DNA from: Chiloscyllium plagiosum
Taxonomy: Eukaryota
Direction: 5' to 3'
DNA: 64,000 bases
Assembly (NCBI RefSeq): GCF_004010195.1
Contig: NC_057719.1
Coordinates: forward strand, 91,867,077-91,931,076
Each line of letters starts with the position of its first letter. Within the stretch, counting starts at the first letter, position 1. The notes below the pieces were generated by a model. That model was not told where the DNA came from, did not search any database, and saw nothing but the letters and a program-made list of their open reading frames with translations. This document shows positions 27,890-41,300 of this stretch, in pieces. A program made the position numbers and the translations under genes.

Positions 27890-28630
27890 GCCCTCCCAAT
27901 CTTCCCCAACTTCACAAACACCTTCCACCCTGACCTTTAGTTCACATGGACTACCTCTGACACCTCCCTCCCCCTACTGGATGACTTCATCTCTATCTCC
28001 AGCGACCAACTCAACACGGACATCTGTTTCAGACCTACAGACTCCCACAGCTACCTTGACAACAGCTCCTTCTACCCCCGCACCCCTCCCTTCCTATAAA
28101 AACATAATCCCTCACTTCCAATCCCTCTGCCTCCATCATATCTGTACCTAGGAGGTGCAATTCCACTCCCAAACATCCCAGATGGCCTATTTAAAGGACT
28201 GCAATTTCCCCTCCCACGTGGTCAACAATACCCTCCAGCGCAACTCCTCCACTACCTTTACCTCCACCCTCAAACCCCACCCCTCCAACTGCAACAAGAC
28301 TAGAACACCCCTGGTCCTCACCTTCCATCCCGTTAATCTCTGGATACAGCGCATTGTCCTCTGCCACTTACGCCACCTACAGTCAGACCTCACCCACCGC
28401 ACCCCTATCTGCATTCTGCAGAGACCATTCCCTCAGGGACTCCCTCGTTCGATCCGCAACCCCCCCCACCAACTCACCCTCCACACCCGGCAACTTCCCC
28501 TGCTGCCGCACAAGGTGTAAAAATCCACGTCCACACCACCATTCCCCTCACCGCTGTCCAAGGCCCCAAAAGGATCTTTTCACATCTAGCAGAGATTTTC
28601 CTGCACATCCACCCAACTCACCTCTGTTCA
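27890..28630 (+). mobile_element. Penelope-like element RT/linker fragment
   Basis: Translates PTDSHSYLD, PLVLTFHP..LRHLQSD and AFCRDHSLRDSLVRS across frameshifts. Confidence 0.82.
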
Positions 28631-28944
28631 TATCGGCCCAATTTGCAGTGAAAACACTGCATTTTGGTGCAGAAGGGTTGGAACCGGTTGCTCTCCATCT
28701 CTCTGCCCATTTGCATTCTCATGGCTACTGCCGCTTTCGCTTACCCTGAAGGTAGTTGTCTCTTGCTGTGCGAGACAGCTATCCCAATCTCACATTTAAC
28801 ATCATTTCACTAACACTGATACGTTCACAGAACATGTACTCTAGTTGAGTGCAGGGAGGCTCATTTCACCGTTTCCCACAATAACCTACAGCCTCTCCTG
28901 TTCTAACTTGAAGCCAACTCCAACCTGCAGCCTCAATAGACAAA

Positions 28945-29492
28945 AGACAATAATGCAGGAGCAGGCCATTCGGCCCTTCGAGCCAGCACCACCATTCATT
29001 ATAATCATGGCTAACCATCTACAATCAGCATCCTGTTCCTGCCTTATCCCCATAACCCTTGATTCCACTGTCTTTAAGAGCTCTATCCATCTCTTTCTTG
29101 AAAGCATCCAAAGACTTGGCCTCACTGCCTTCTGGGGCAGAACATTCCACACAGCCACCACTCTCTGGGTGAAGAAGTTTCTTCTCAACTCTGTTCTAAA
29201 TGGCCTACCCCTTATTTTTAAGCTGTGTCTTCTGGTTCTGGACTCCCCCATCAGCGGAAACATGTTTCCTACCTCCAGAGTATCGAATCCTTTAATAATC
29301 TTATACGTCTCAATCAGATCCCCTCTCATCCTTCTAAACTCAAGTGTACACAAGCCCAGTCGCTCCAATCTTTCAATATATGATAGTCCCGCCATTCTGG
29401 GAATTGACCTCGTGAACCAACGCTGCACTCCCTCAATAGCCAGAATGTCCTTCCTCAAATTCGGAGGCCAAAACTGCACACAATACTCCAGG
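28945..29492 (-). mobile_element. CR1 LINE 3' end
   Basis: ORF 28886..29566 reads LEYCVQFWPP..EGVQRWFTRSIP..RRMRGDLIETYKI..TRRHSLKI..FFTQRVVAVWN. Confidence 0.92.
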
Positions 29493-30904
29493 CCTTCCCT
29501 CGATCTGCTCGATGCTGGGATCTGGGAGTTGGCAGAGGCAGGATCAGCTTCAGGAGTCACTTTCACAAAAGATCATGGATTATAAACAGCCCTGGTATTC
29601 CTGGAGAATGGTAGAGGAAGAGCTACACTAAATAGCAGCACTTTGATTGAAGAGTTAGCTACAGACCAGTGAGCAGGACAGGAGAAAGGAAAATAACATT
29701 CGAGGAGAAAAGAAGACGTGGCATTTGAAAACTTCTGTGCAGAAGCAGCACTTTTAAAATTTGGTTTGGTATTTCCTCAGGAACATATAACAGTACACCA
29801 CAGAATAGGTCCTCGGTGTTGTGCTGACCATTTATCCTACTCTAAGTCAAATTAACCCTATATTTTACTATCATCCATGTTCCATATCCAAGAGTCACCT
29901 AATGTCCCGAATGTATCTGACTCTACTACCACGAATGTGCAAGCAGAAAGTTACAATTTTATTTCATATTTTTAAAAAATATGTGTTTTATTTTCAAAGT
30001 GACTTTGCTGAGTGGCGTGACTTCACTTAGCAATGCAAAGTATTGCGTCTTACAGATTGTGAAGCTGTAATGGTTTGAAAAGGAAGATTACTCAAAACCT
30101 AGCACATCGGTTCCCTGTGGAATCGATGACTCACCTTAAAGTTGCAACTCTCAGGAATGAAACAACAACTTTAAGTGAGGACTTCCTGTACATAAGCCTA
30201 TGTTCAGCTGACAGTGACGATACAAAGCCTGGGTTCAAAGTGGAAACTTCCACCTCCTGATTGCAATTGGCTGCACCCCTCTCCACTCTTCGGGGACTGT
30301 TTCCCGCATGACTGTGGGTTTGTTGCATGATGCTCCCTGTGATGTATGCCTATGGATAAGCTAATGGAGTGCAAATGGGCACTTTAGAATAAGCAGGAGC
30401 AGCAGTAGCCATGAGAATGCAAACGGGCAGAGAGATGGAGAGCAACCAGTTCCAGCCCTTCTGCACCAAAACACAGCATTTTCACACAAATTGCTCCGAT
30501 ATCCACATATGAGGTGGGGCAGGTTGGTGGTAGCTGCCCTAGAAGCTTCTTTAGGTCAGGGTTTATGCTGAATGCACTGACAAGTGCCCGAAGATATCAG
30601 CTACCGCACCCTCATGCAGGCCTTTCACCTTGATATCCTGATCTGATAGAGCACTGAGGGGTCAAGTGCAGGGTAGAAGTGTGTGTCAGGCACCAATACA
30701 AAAATACAGCTCTGGCTTGACCAAATTAACCAGCATGCAGTGGGGACGGCAAGAACGGGCTAGAATAGCCTAGATCAGCAAGAGGAGTTACCAAGTAGAC
30801 AGAAACCGGAATGCAAGGTCACAGCTACAACCACACAAGATGCTGTAACACAGAATTCCTAATGGACAGCTGATTGGATGAAGTAGTCGTGTGACCAAAT
30901 TACT

Positions 30905-31125
30905 CGGAGTTGGTCAGCTCAGTTGGTTGGATGACAATACAGAGCAATTCCAACTGCGCAGGTTCAATTTCAGCATCAGCTGAGGTTACCAATGAGGACT
31001 CTCCTTCTCAACCTCTCCCCTTGCCCGAGGCATGGTGATCCCCAGGTTAATTCATCACCAGTTGTCCCTCTAATGAGAGCAGCAGCCCAATGGTCTGGAA
31101 GATTACGACGATCTTGCCTTTTGCA
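30905..31125 (+). mobile_element. tRNA-derived SINE (family distinct from HE1)
   Basis: A-box-like AGCTCAGTTGG and B-box-like GGTTCAATT, followed by a non-tRNA body. Confidence 0.55.
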
Positions 31126-31144
31126 TAACTAGGTTACTGGAAAT

Positions 31145-31400
31145 GGAAAACTTTCATTTAAATAGCACTCCTCACAATCTCAGGATGCTTTCAACATGCT
31201 TTAGAACCAACTTGTGTTTAATGGTATAGGTACTACTATAATGTGGGAAATGTGGCGATCTATTTGTGCACAGAACGCTCCCGCAAACAGGAAGTCAACA
31301 GTGATTTGATCATCTATTTTGCCGATTTTGACAGAGGGACAAATATTGGCCAGGACACCAGGGAGATTTTTTCCTGCTCCGAATGATCTATTACATCCAT
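31145..31400 (-). mobile_element. Deu-domain SINE (SacSINE1/AmnSINE1-like)
   Basis: The reverse complement contains GGTGTCCTGGCCAATATTT.TCCCTC..TGTTTGCGGGA..TGTGCACAAAT..GCTATTTAAATG, resembling the Deu-domain and 3' tail. Confidence 0.65.
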
Positions 31401-32094
31401 GGTGTGTGACGTCGCTGGCAAGTCATCCCTCATTACTAGTTGAACTCAGTGGCAGCTGAGGGCAGCCAAGAGTCAACCGCCTTTCTGCCAGTCTGGAGTC
31501 ACATGTAGGCAGAGTTCCTTCCCTGAAGGATATTAGTGAACCGGATGGATTGTCAAAACAATGATAGTTTTGTGGCAACCATTACTGAAGGTGACTTTCA
31601 ATTCCAGATTCTGTGCGTTATTAATTGAATTTAAAGTCCACCAGCGTTCTTTCCCCCCCCTCCCAACTTTGGAGATCTTCCTCAACAGTCCACTTCATCT
31701 TGCCGATGTCACCACTAGGTGGCACAGTGGCTTAACGTGCTCAGAAACAGACCAAAGTGGCGAGTGACGCAGGGAGGAGGAGGAGGGAGGACAGTGAGAT
31801 TACAGTGGCCAGCAGCAAGGGAGAGCAGGGCATTATCTCCTCCTCCCCCATTAGCCAGGGGCAGGGGGCAGTCAGGAGACTCTGTCACAGCCACCATCTT
31901 GCATGCACGGGTGTCCATCTTTGTTGGCCATCTTGCAGTTCAATCACACATGTGCCACGCCTTAAAACCTACCACTTTGAGCAAGGCTTTCCTTTTCTTT
32001 TGTTTAAATCCTGGATAAAACCTCATATTTTAAAATAACCGTTTTAAACTGGTGTCAGGGAAGCGAGTTAATGGATTGCTCAAATGACACTCAC

Positions 32095-32134
32095 CTGGCC
32101 GAGAGTTTAATACGACTTGTTGAATCGATGCCAT
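32095..32134 (-). CDS. PTGR2: Prostaglandin reductase 2, coding exon 1 (MASIQQVVLNSRP-G)
   Basis: The minus strand reads ATG GCA TCG ATT CAA CAA GTC GTA TTA AAC TCT CGG CCA G|GTGAG, matching the PTGR2 N-terminus (human MIVQRVVLNSRPG) with a phase-1 donor. A probable acceptor tttcgtag lies just upstream, so the exon would start near 32166. Confidence 0.92.
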
Positions 32135-32589
32135 TTGGACGGTGAATGGACACAATTGGCTCGTTTCTACGAAAGGTATCCGTTAAAACCAGAAGGATCA
32201 GGTAAATATCTGCAATTAACAAACCAAACAAAAAAAATCTCAAACTTTGGTTTGCTTTCCCCAGAATTTTGTTCCAACTCCTCAACGGAGGCCACTGAAC
32301 AAACAACCTGGATTTCAGCAAGACATTTGATAAGGTGCCACATGAGAAAGGTAACTAGGATTAGAATGAGCTTTGTCTCACGAACTGACATGAGGACAGC
32401 GAAAAGTTTCTCTGTCGCCACTTATGGCACCATCTTAGGAATAGATTCTGAAGTACAAGTCCTGAGGAAAACAAATTTAGAAATATAAAGAAATAAAGAG
32501 TCCAGCATTTACAGGTCTACATGCTGTCTTAGGTACAAAGTCATAGGAATTATTTAGAAAAATAAATAAATAAAAAGTTTAGAATAACA

Positions 32590-32907
32590 GGGCGGCACGT
32601 TGGCTCAGTGGTTAGCACTGCTGCCTCACAGCGCCAGGGACCCAGGTTCGATTCACGCCTTGAGTGACTGTCTGTGTGGAGTTTGCACATTCTCTCCGTG
32701 GGTTTCCTCCGGGTGCTCCGGTTTCCTCCCACAGTCCGAAGGTGGGCAGGTCAGGGTGAATTGGCCGTGCTAAATTGCCCAGAGTGCTAGGTGCATTAGT
32801 CAGGGGTAGATACAGGGTAGTGGAATGGGTCTGGGTGGGTTACTCTTTGGAGGGTTCATGTGGACTTGTTGGGCCAAATGGCCCGTTTCCACGCTGTAGG
32901 GAATCTA
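32590..32907 (+). mobile_element. HE1-type V-SINE
   Basis: Head, V-domain and tail. Confidence 0.88.
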
Positions 32908-34084
32908 AAAACAGTCCTTCCGATCCAGTCTGCAGTGGCACCTAGCCTCCAGACCTTTCCAAGCTTCAACTCAAGGCCAGGAGTCCGTGCTGACTTCACT
33001 CAAGGGCGGGAGCTGAGGAGAAGAAGAAAGGAAAAAAAAACCATGAGTAGAAAAAAAAAAGGAAGGATTGAGCAGATGAGCTCCAACAGAGGAGTCCTAC
33101 TCTGCCGCCATCTTGGAAAAAGATTGAGGAGCTGGACGAGACTTCAAAAGGTTTTGGGGAATACATTCCCATGTACAGAAGACTGGTCAAGCACAAGAAT
33201 TGAGGATTAGCACCAGAGGGATCAGCACTGGGGCCTCAACTATTTACAACCTATATTTATCACGTGGGCGAAGGGACTGACCGCACTGTAGTCACATTTG
33301 CTGAGGATGGAAAAGAAGGAGGATACAAAGGGATCTGGGCAGATTGAATGAGGGAGCAGAAGTGGCACAAAAAAGTGGGAATAAATGAGAACTGGGAGGA
33401 AGAATAGAAAAGCAGAATGTTATTGAAATGGAGAGGGAAAGCTCCAGTACCCCTCAGTCACAAAATACCCGCAGGTACAGCAAATAATTAGAAAGGCAAA
33501 TGGAAGGTTGTCTTTATGGTAAGGGAGGTGGCATATCAGAGCACACACACCTGGCTACAGCGGTACAGGCCTTTGGTGAGACCACATCGGGAGGGCCATA
33601 ATACAGTTTTGGACACTTTGTTAAAGGACGAACGATGCCCTCAACTGACGTTTGGGACATAGGGTTTCTCTTACAAAGAGAAAGTCTTTACAGTTTGGGC
33701 CTGTACCCGTCGGGGGTTAGAAGAAAGAAGGTGATTTTATTGAATCACAGGACCTGGAAGGGTTTTGATGCTGGAATCAGAGGCTATATCCCATCTTGCC
33801 ACTCCCATTGGGGACATATTGAACTCTGGAGATGGGCAGAGCTCCTGTTTAACATGGAGGGTTGTTGATGTGTGGAATTCTCTTCCACAGACAGCAGTGG
33901 ATGCTGGCTCATTGAATGTATTTAAGGGGGAGATGGACAGAGTTTTGACTTACAAGTGGCTTGAAGGCACTGACAGGAAAGTGTGATTAAGATTGCAAAT
34001 CATACTACCTCAGTCCTGAGAGTCCTCGGTCATTATGTTCATGGCTAATTTCAACATTGACTTGACCTGTCTATAACATACTGC

Positions 34085-35000
34085 TGGCATGCCCTCCTGC
34101 ACTCTCCATTGAACCAGACTTGATCCCCTGGCTTGATGGTAATGGTTGAGTGGGGGACATCTCAGGCCATGAGGTTGTACTGGAATACAATTCTGCTGCT
34201 GTTAATGGCCCCAGTGCCTCATGGATACCCAGTGTTGAGCTGCTAGATCAGTTCAAAGTCTGTCCCATTTAGCGCGGGGATAGTGCCACACAGCACACAA
34301 TGGAGGTTATTCTCAATGTGAAGGCAGGACTTCATCTCCACAAAAGACTGTGCGGTGGTCACTTTTACCGGCTGCAGTAGGGATGAAGTCAAGTACGTTT
34401 TTTCCTCTTATTGGTTCCTTTACCAGCTGCCACAGACCCAGTCTGGCAACTATACTCTTCAGGACCCGACCAGCTCGATCAGTAATGCTGCTGCTGAGCC
34501 ACTCTTGGTGGTGGACATCGAGAACCCCACCCAGAGTACATATTGTGCTCTTGCCACCCTCAGTGCTTGCTCCAAGTGTTGATCAACATTGAGGAGTACT
34601 GATTCATCAGCTGGTACGTGGTAACCAGTAAGAGGTTTCCTTGCCCATTTTTAACCTGAAGGCATGACACTTCATGGCATCTGGAGTTGATGTCAAGGAC
34701 TCCCAGGGAACTCCCTCCTGACCATATCCCATGGTGCCCCCACCTCTGCTGGGTCCGTCCCGCGGGTGGGACAGGTCATATCCCGGGACAGTAATGGTGG
34801 TGTCTGGGGGGTTATCTGTAAGATATGATGCCGTAAGAATGCCTATGTTGCTTGATTAGTCTGCGAGACAGCTCTCCCAATTTCGGTACTAGCCCTCAGA
34901 TGTTGGTAAGGAGGACTTTGCGCGGTCGACAGGGCGGTTTGTGTTTTTGTCATTGTCTTCTGCGGTTCCAAGGTCAATGCCAGGTGGTCCGGCCGGTTTC
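34085..35000 (-). mobile_element. Decayed LINE endonuclease-region fragment (same family as 24585-25262)
   Basis: The reverse complement encodes HHQEWL.SS.TDRAGRVLK..KPGDQ-like sequence. Confidence 0.7.
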
Positions 35001-38000
35001 ATTGTTGTGACTTTCTCGCCGCCTCCCCTTTGATGTTATTGAATGGTGGAATGAGCTCAAAGCGCTGACTGGCCTACCCTGGTTCCGACATTCATATATC
35101 TTCATCCTCATTAGCTTCGGAGGCAGACTTCCAGAGTCAGGCAATGCTCGGACAAAAAAAAAAGGCTCCCCTCCTCAGTTCTAAAATGGCAATTCTTAAA
35201 TATTAAAAGTAATGCCACTTTTCCTGGGCTCACCCATAACAGTCCTTTTCACATGCGATATTCCAGTCCAATTCAAGTGAATGCAAAAGCACCACCTGCT
35301 TCCCAATTGTTGCCTGTCTTTACATGTCTGCCTGAAATACAGCGGGGCTGCAGAAATGTGGGGTAGTCATCATCTTATTGAATGGGGTATCAGGCTGGAG
35401 GGACCGAGTGGCCAGTGCAATCCTGCTGCTAACTGGTGATATTTTTGCATGGACACCTCCAGGTCCTTCACGAGGTCAACATCCTCCAGTCTCATTATTA
35501 TCAAAAATGTTGAAAATATAAGCACAGCTGAACATTTTGGGGACACGTTCCTAACGGTATGTCCGATTTACTGCAACGCTGCCACTCCATTCAGTGCAGC
35601 AAGTGTCAATCTCCATCCTACGGTGCAGAAAGAGGATGTATCACCCAAACTCTCTGCTGCCAACACTTTGATTAACATTCTCCCCCCCCCCCCCAACCAC
35701 CCTTTGCTTGTTTGCTCTGGGTTACAATGGGGAGTTGCCAGAGAAAGGGGCTCAGGGCTCTCACTTGCAACTGCCCTCCCGTATCCATCTGGGCCCCATC
35801 ACGATCTCAACGTCACTATCCAGTCTTCCCCTCTCCCTCAGGGGCACACATTCCCTCACTGCCTCCCCTCCAACTCTCCTCCCCAACCAGCCACCCCTGC
35901 TAATTACACACCCCACTCAGCACACCGCTCCATGAAGGGGGATCAGCTACTTTAAAAAAAAGGTGAACTCCAGTTCAAGTGGGGACATCCTTCAAGAGGC
36001 AACACCCCGTAAGACCCTCCCTGAGCTCAATTCAGAAGATCCATCTAGATCCGTCAGAGGAGGAGACAAGAAGCTGCCCTGGTGTTCAGAAATAGGTATC
36101 AGACCCAACACTTTGCAATGCCTTCTTTCGGAAATTTTAACAGGGAGGACATATCAAAAGCATGTAATTAGCCGCAATGCTCAGGCTTATGGAAAATGCA
36201 ATACAATTTCTCTAAGTGTCAGGTCAGAAGTTCTAGCCCTTGAACCAAAACAACTGTTTCCATTCCTTGTTTGCAATTTGAAGTTCCAAAAGGTTTGTAA
36301 TTAGAGTACTTCATAAAAACCATAGAATGCCGACAGTGTAGAAACAGGCCATTTGGCCGAACAGGTCCACACACTGACCCTCTGAACAGTATCCCACTCA
36401 GACCCATTCACCTACTCTGTTACTCTCCATTTCCCCTGGACGTCCAGGTACATGGATCACAAAAGTTAGTATGCAGGCACAACCAGTGGTAAGGAAGGGC
36501 TGCTGTTTATTGTAAGGGAATGGGTGATAAAAGTGGAACACAAGCAGATTGAGATTGCACCTGGAATACAGCAGACATTTTATTTCAGAAAGGATAAGTG
36601 TACATGTTACACACGTGTATTTATTACACATTTACGTCATTTGGCAGATATATTCTCAATCAGAACAAATTCCAATAGCTCACAGCAATTTGAGCTATCA
36701 GCAAAATCAGTCAGACCTCCCACTAAAAACTATCTACATGTATGAGTTAACACTAGGGTAGGCCATTCAGCCCCTCCGGCCTGGTCTGCTGCCATTCAAT
36801 AAAAGCATGGCTGATCGGATTGTAGTGTTTACTTCCTGACCCTCCATAACCTTTGACTGTCTTAACAGTCAAGAATATCTTGACCTCTGCCTTAAAAAGG
36901 TATTCAATGACGTCCACCACACCCAAGCCACTTCATCACTTTTAAGCAGACGTTCCAGACAAAAGTGAGGACGGCAGATGCTGGAAATCAGAGTCTGGAT
37001 TAAAGTGGTGCTGGAAAAGCACAGCCAGTCAGGCAGCATCCGGGTTTCCTGCTCCTCGGATGCTGCCTGACCTGCTAGCCCCTGGTTCCAGTCTGTTCCT
37101 CAAGATGAAATATCCTCTCACCATCCACCATGTCCAGTTCCCTCAGGATCTTGTATGTTTCAATAAGATTATCTCTCAGTTTCTAAACTCCAATGAACAC
37201 AGGCCCAACCTATCTAATCTTCCCACACCTAGCCCTACATAAATAAAAAAAAAGTAATTGATAGAGTCAACCTTCATTGAACTGGCCGTAACACACACAT
37301 AGCCTTTCTGACATAAAATGTACACTGTATTCCAGGTGCAATCTCACCATTGTCCTGCATAACTATTTTATCTCCCATTTCCCTACGATAAACAGCAGCT
37401 CTTCCTTACCACTTGTTGTGCCTGCACACAAACTTTTGTGATCCATGAACCCAGATGCCCAAATCCCCTGTAGCTCAGACTCTGCAATGTCTCTCTAAAT
37501 AATGCTGATTTTCTAATCTTCCTTTTGAAGTGCACGAGCTCATATTCCCCCCCCACTACATTCCACCTGCCAACTCACTCACCTGTCTCTATCCTTTGCA
37601 GCCTCCCTGTCTCCTCTTCACAACCTATTCTCCTGATGACCCGTGCCATTGGATTTTCTCTGGTCAGGGAAGTCCAGTCCAAGGGGGTCAGGGGCACAAT
37701 CGTCAATCTTGAGAAGCGGGAGAGCATCGCGGGACTGGCAGAGATTACGGGACAATAGAGAGGGGTAAGGCCATGGAGGGACTTGAGAATGCCAGAACAA
37801 ACAAACAAAAAAGGTGGTGTTGGTTAACCAGGAGCCTATGTAAGACAGTGAACTCCCAGCGAGAGTCAGGGCGCGGGTGCAAGTGTATGAGATTTAGGAC
37901 ACCTCAGCCAGGAGTGTATTGGAATAGCCAAGTTTAAAAGATTGTAGCTATAGAATGGCTGAGGAAACTATGGGCTTGGGTGGTTTACAGTGGTGAAAAA

Positions 38001-39499
38001 TTAACAGTCTCAGTGAGAGAGCAGAGCTGCAGTCGAAAGTTCATCAAACGTGCCAGCAGGGTTCCAGTCTGGTTCAGTCAGTCAACAACAGCTGACAGGG
38101 AGGGAGATGGATTCAACAGATAGGGAACAAAATGGTTTTTAAATTTGTTCACGGGACGTGGGCGTCACTGCCCGTCCCTAGCTGACCCTGAGAAACTGGC
38201 GATGAGCTGCTTTCTTGAACCGCTGCAGCCTGTGCACTGTCGATCGACCCACAATGCCTTCTGGGGGGAGAGGGGGTGAAGAGCAGAGAACACCAGCATA
38301 GATAACACTTCCAACTCAAGATGGTGAGTAGCTTAGAGGCAAATGTGCAGGTAGTGGCGCCTCTGTCCACACAGGTAGGTTTGAGAGTTTCGAAATGCAA
38401 ATTGTAAACAGTCCACACTGCTACAGAGGATCAGCGGTGGAGGGAGTGTTGTGCTGGATGTGGTCCCATTGCCTGGTTGGTATGAAGCTGCTCAGGTGAG
38501 GTCTCAAGGCCATTGCTACAGGCTGTCCACTCAATATTCCCAGAATAGAGGCCAGGCATTTAGACAGTACGACAACTTACAATTCACTACATCCCATTTG
38601 CACATAAACAATTCACTTCAGGTGCCATTTCTCACACACATATTCTCTCCAATCCGCAGAGACGTTTAAATTAACATCTTACTCACCAGCCCCAGCAACC
38701 AGGGCGAGAAAATAAAGCTACATCCACACGTATAATCCTGTGTAAAAGAGTGCACCACTCACCTTCCCTTTTATATTGGTGTTTTAAGACAAGCCCCATT
38801 AATAGCAACCTTTTAACAGGCAACGTGGGTATACACAAACTCCCACCTCAGCCTGAATTTACGAGCTGCATCCGGGTCCTATCAAAATAAAGTGCAACCA
38901 CATTAATAAAACTGTGAATTCTCGACTGGAAATTGACAATATTTACTAATGATAAAGGCGGGCTGAAGGTTTCCGGTCCAGACAGAGCAAAACAGAATAG
39001 AACAGAAGCCAGGCCTCTCAGGGAGTAAGCTACATCATTTTTCCATCGGGGCTAACCGTGTAACCTGGGTACATTAGCCTGGAGATGAAACCTTCACAGT
39101 CTGAGCTGCTGAGGAGCATTTTCTCTTGTCACACCACAGTGACCCTAGAATCACAGCTTAGTGTAGAAAGGCAGAGAGAGAGAGAGAGAGAGACATCAAC
39201 ACAGACAGCAGCTGCGTTCTCTATGCAACCGACAGGTCGCAATCCTGCAATCCTACTTTTATGTTGGAACTGAAACCCCACCCTGTTTACGCTCCTTTTT
39301 TTAAAAAAAAATAAAACGCCCCCGCTCCACTCTCCCAGCAGCTGGTTTTTACATTCACCCCAAGTCAAAACACGATCAACTCCCTCTGGAAGAAAGTCAA
39401 CCCTCCCCCGGAAACTTGACACCCAGTGCAATTTGGTCGAAGACATAACCCCATCTCTCCTCCACCCCAGAGAAACCTCCAAGTACTGTCCAGCATTGT

Positions 39500-41300
39500 T
39501 GCAGATTCCCCTCCCAGCCAGTTATAAAGCAACACGCTCGCCAACGTGAGACAGTTCCTTGCAACCAGTTTACCAGTGTCGACCCTTTCCATGAAACGTG
39601 TGCAAGTCCAAGTTGTGAAATAGCAAATGCAACTCCCCCCCCCTTCCCCTCCCAGGGAACAAGTCCTGCCTCAGACACAGAGAAGGGCAGGAGGAAAAAA
39701 AAAGTCCTTTTAGTTCTGGTTGGGAGGAGGGGGGGTATTTAAAAGCAAGAGACCCCATTTCCAAACAAAAAACAGCCACTTCTTTTGTATTAAAAAAAAC
39801 AGTGGTGGTGATTTGCTGACAGGCTGGGTTCTGACGTCAGTGCATAACTTTTACGAAGACGTAGTTTCTTAACTAGGAAGTGAGCCACCAACAGTTTGCA
39901 AGGCGAAATTTGGAGGAAAAAAAAAGTTCTGGATTGAGAGGCTGCTGGGCGATTTTGCAAAAGGAAGGAAGGAGGGGGGGGGGGTGTGGAGAAAAAAAAA
40001 AACCCCAAGCAAACACTCTGGCCTGAGTAAGTTACAGAAGTTTGGTATTTGTTGTGTTTTGATTTGTGTTTTTTTAAGACCGCCCGTGAGTGCGTGTGAG
40101 AGTTGGAGAGGGATGGTCAGTGCAGTGCGGTGCTCAGTTTCCTCCTCGGCCTGCTCCTGAAATTGACGTGAGCAGGTGACCCCCCCCCCTGCAGTTTGCA
40201 GCCAGAAAGCTGGGGGGGGGGAGGCAGACAAATTACATCTCCGTTTTCACTCCCCAGCCTTTCAACGCTGGAAACGTTTCGTCTTCTTTGCAAACGGCCT
40301 GGCTCTTTTGCTTCCTTCCCCCCCCCCCCAAAAAAAAGTTGCTTTAGATTTTTTTTCCCCCCTGTCCCGTGCAAAGTTTTATTTTTGCAAAGAGGAGAGA
40401 CCGAGACCAGCTAGACGTGACATAAAACTCTTGAAAGCTTTCATTTTCAAGGCTGACTTCGCTCTTCCTGGTTTTAAACCCCCCCCCCCCATGCGAGTCT
40501 GCAACCCTGTGGAAAGTCCCGGTGTATTGACAGGATTTCAAGGCGCTGCGTGCCTTTGGGGAGGGGAGTATTTCTCGCTTTCGGTCGGCAGGCAGGCCGG
40601 CCCAACAGGAAATAGAGAGCCCAGGGCCGTTTGTGCGTGGGATTTGGAGAGGTGGAATGTTCCCTCTACCAAAAAGGAACAGTGTGGGTTTTGTTGCATT
40701 CAGAGATTTGGGAGAGGTGCTGAGGGATGCTGCAAAACGATCAGGATTGTGCAATTGTAATGTCGCTTGCAGTCTCTCTCTGTGTGTGTGTGTGTGTTTT
40801 CTCAGCCCGCGATGAGGTAAACTCTATGACTCAGCCTGTCAAATGCAAGCTCGCCACAGCATTGCGATGGTGCACAGAGGCGGGGGCAGCAGCACTTAAT
40901 GAGTGAAAGAGTGAATGGGGTCGGGGAGGTGGCTGACTACAGGAGGTGGAGGTGCTGCTGCTTATTGCATTTATTTTTCCAAGGCTTGTTCGTCCGGCTC
41001 TGGGCTTGCCTCAGGTATGACTTGTTCCCCCCTCCCACTCAGGTCCTCCTCCTCCTACACCAGTGTGACCCCCCCCCCCCCCTGTGTGTGTGTGTGTGTG
41101 TGTGAGAAGTTGCACGCTGGTGCGATCTGAGATTCTAATCTTGTTGAGATTGTGGGTTTTCTCTCTCTCTCTGTGAACTGGGATTGATTCTTATGTAACG
41201 TGTTTTTTTTTCCCTTTTGCGCAAAGTAACGCCGCTTTAATGTGATGCAATGTTCACTTTTAAGATGGCTATTGGGACAGCAGCTTGTCAAATGTACACC
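39500..41300 (+). promoter_or_regulatory. Promoter / first non-coding exon region of a gene divergent from PTGR2 (candidate MIDEAS/ELMSAN1 by synteny)
   Basis: Transposon-free, GC- and CpG-enriched island. Contains a full CRE TGACGTCA (39832-39839), ETS GGAAGT (~39876), AP-1 TGACTCA (40827-40833), TATA-like TATTTAAAA (~39736) and plus-strand donor candidates (ATGAG|GTAAAC ~40817; CAG|GTATGA ~41015). Gene identity is inferred, not read from coding sequence. Confidence 0.6.

Noticed and set aside
28845..29585. 246-aa (+) and 226-aa (-) ORFs as host genes
   Set aside because: The minus ORF is a CR1 ORF2 C-terminus and the plus ORF is its antisense shadow.
40176..40760. 194-aa ORF in the GC-rich island
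   Set aside because: Low-complexity translation of homopolymer-rich promoter/UTR sequence with no recognisable homology.
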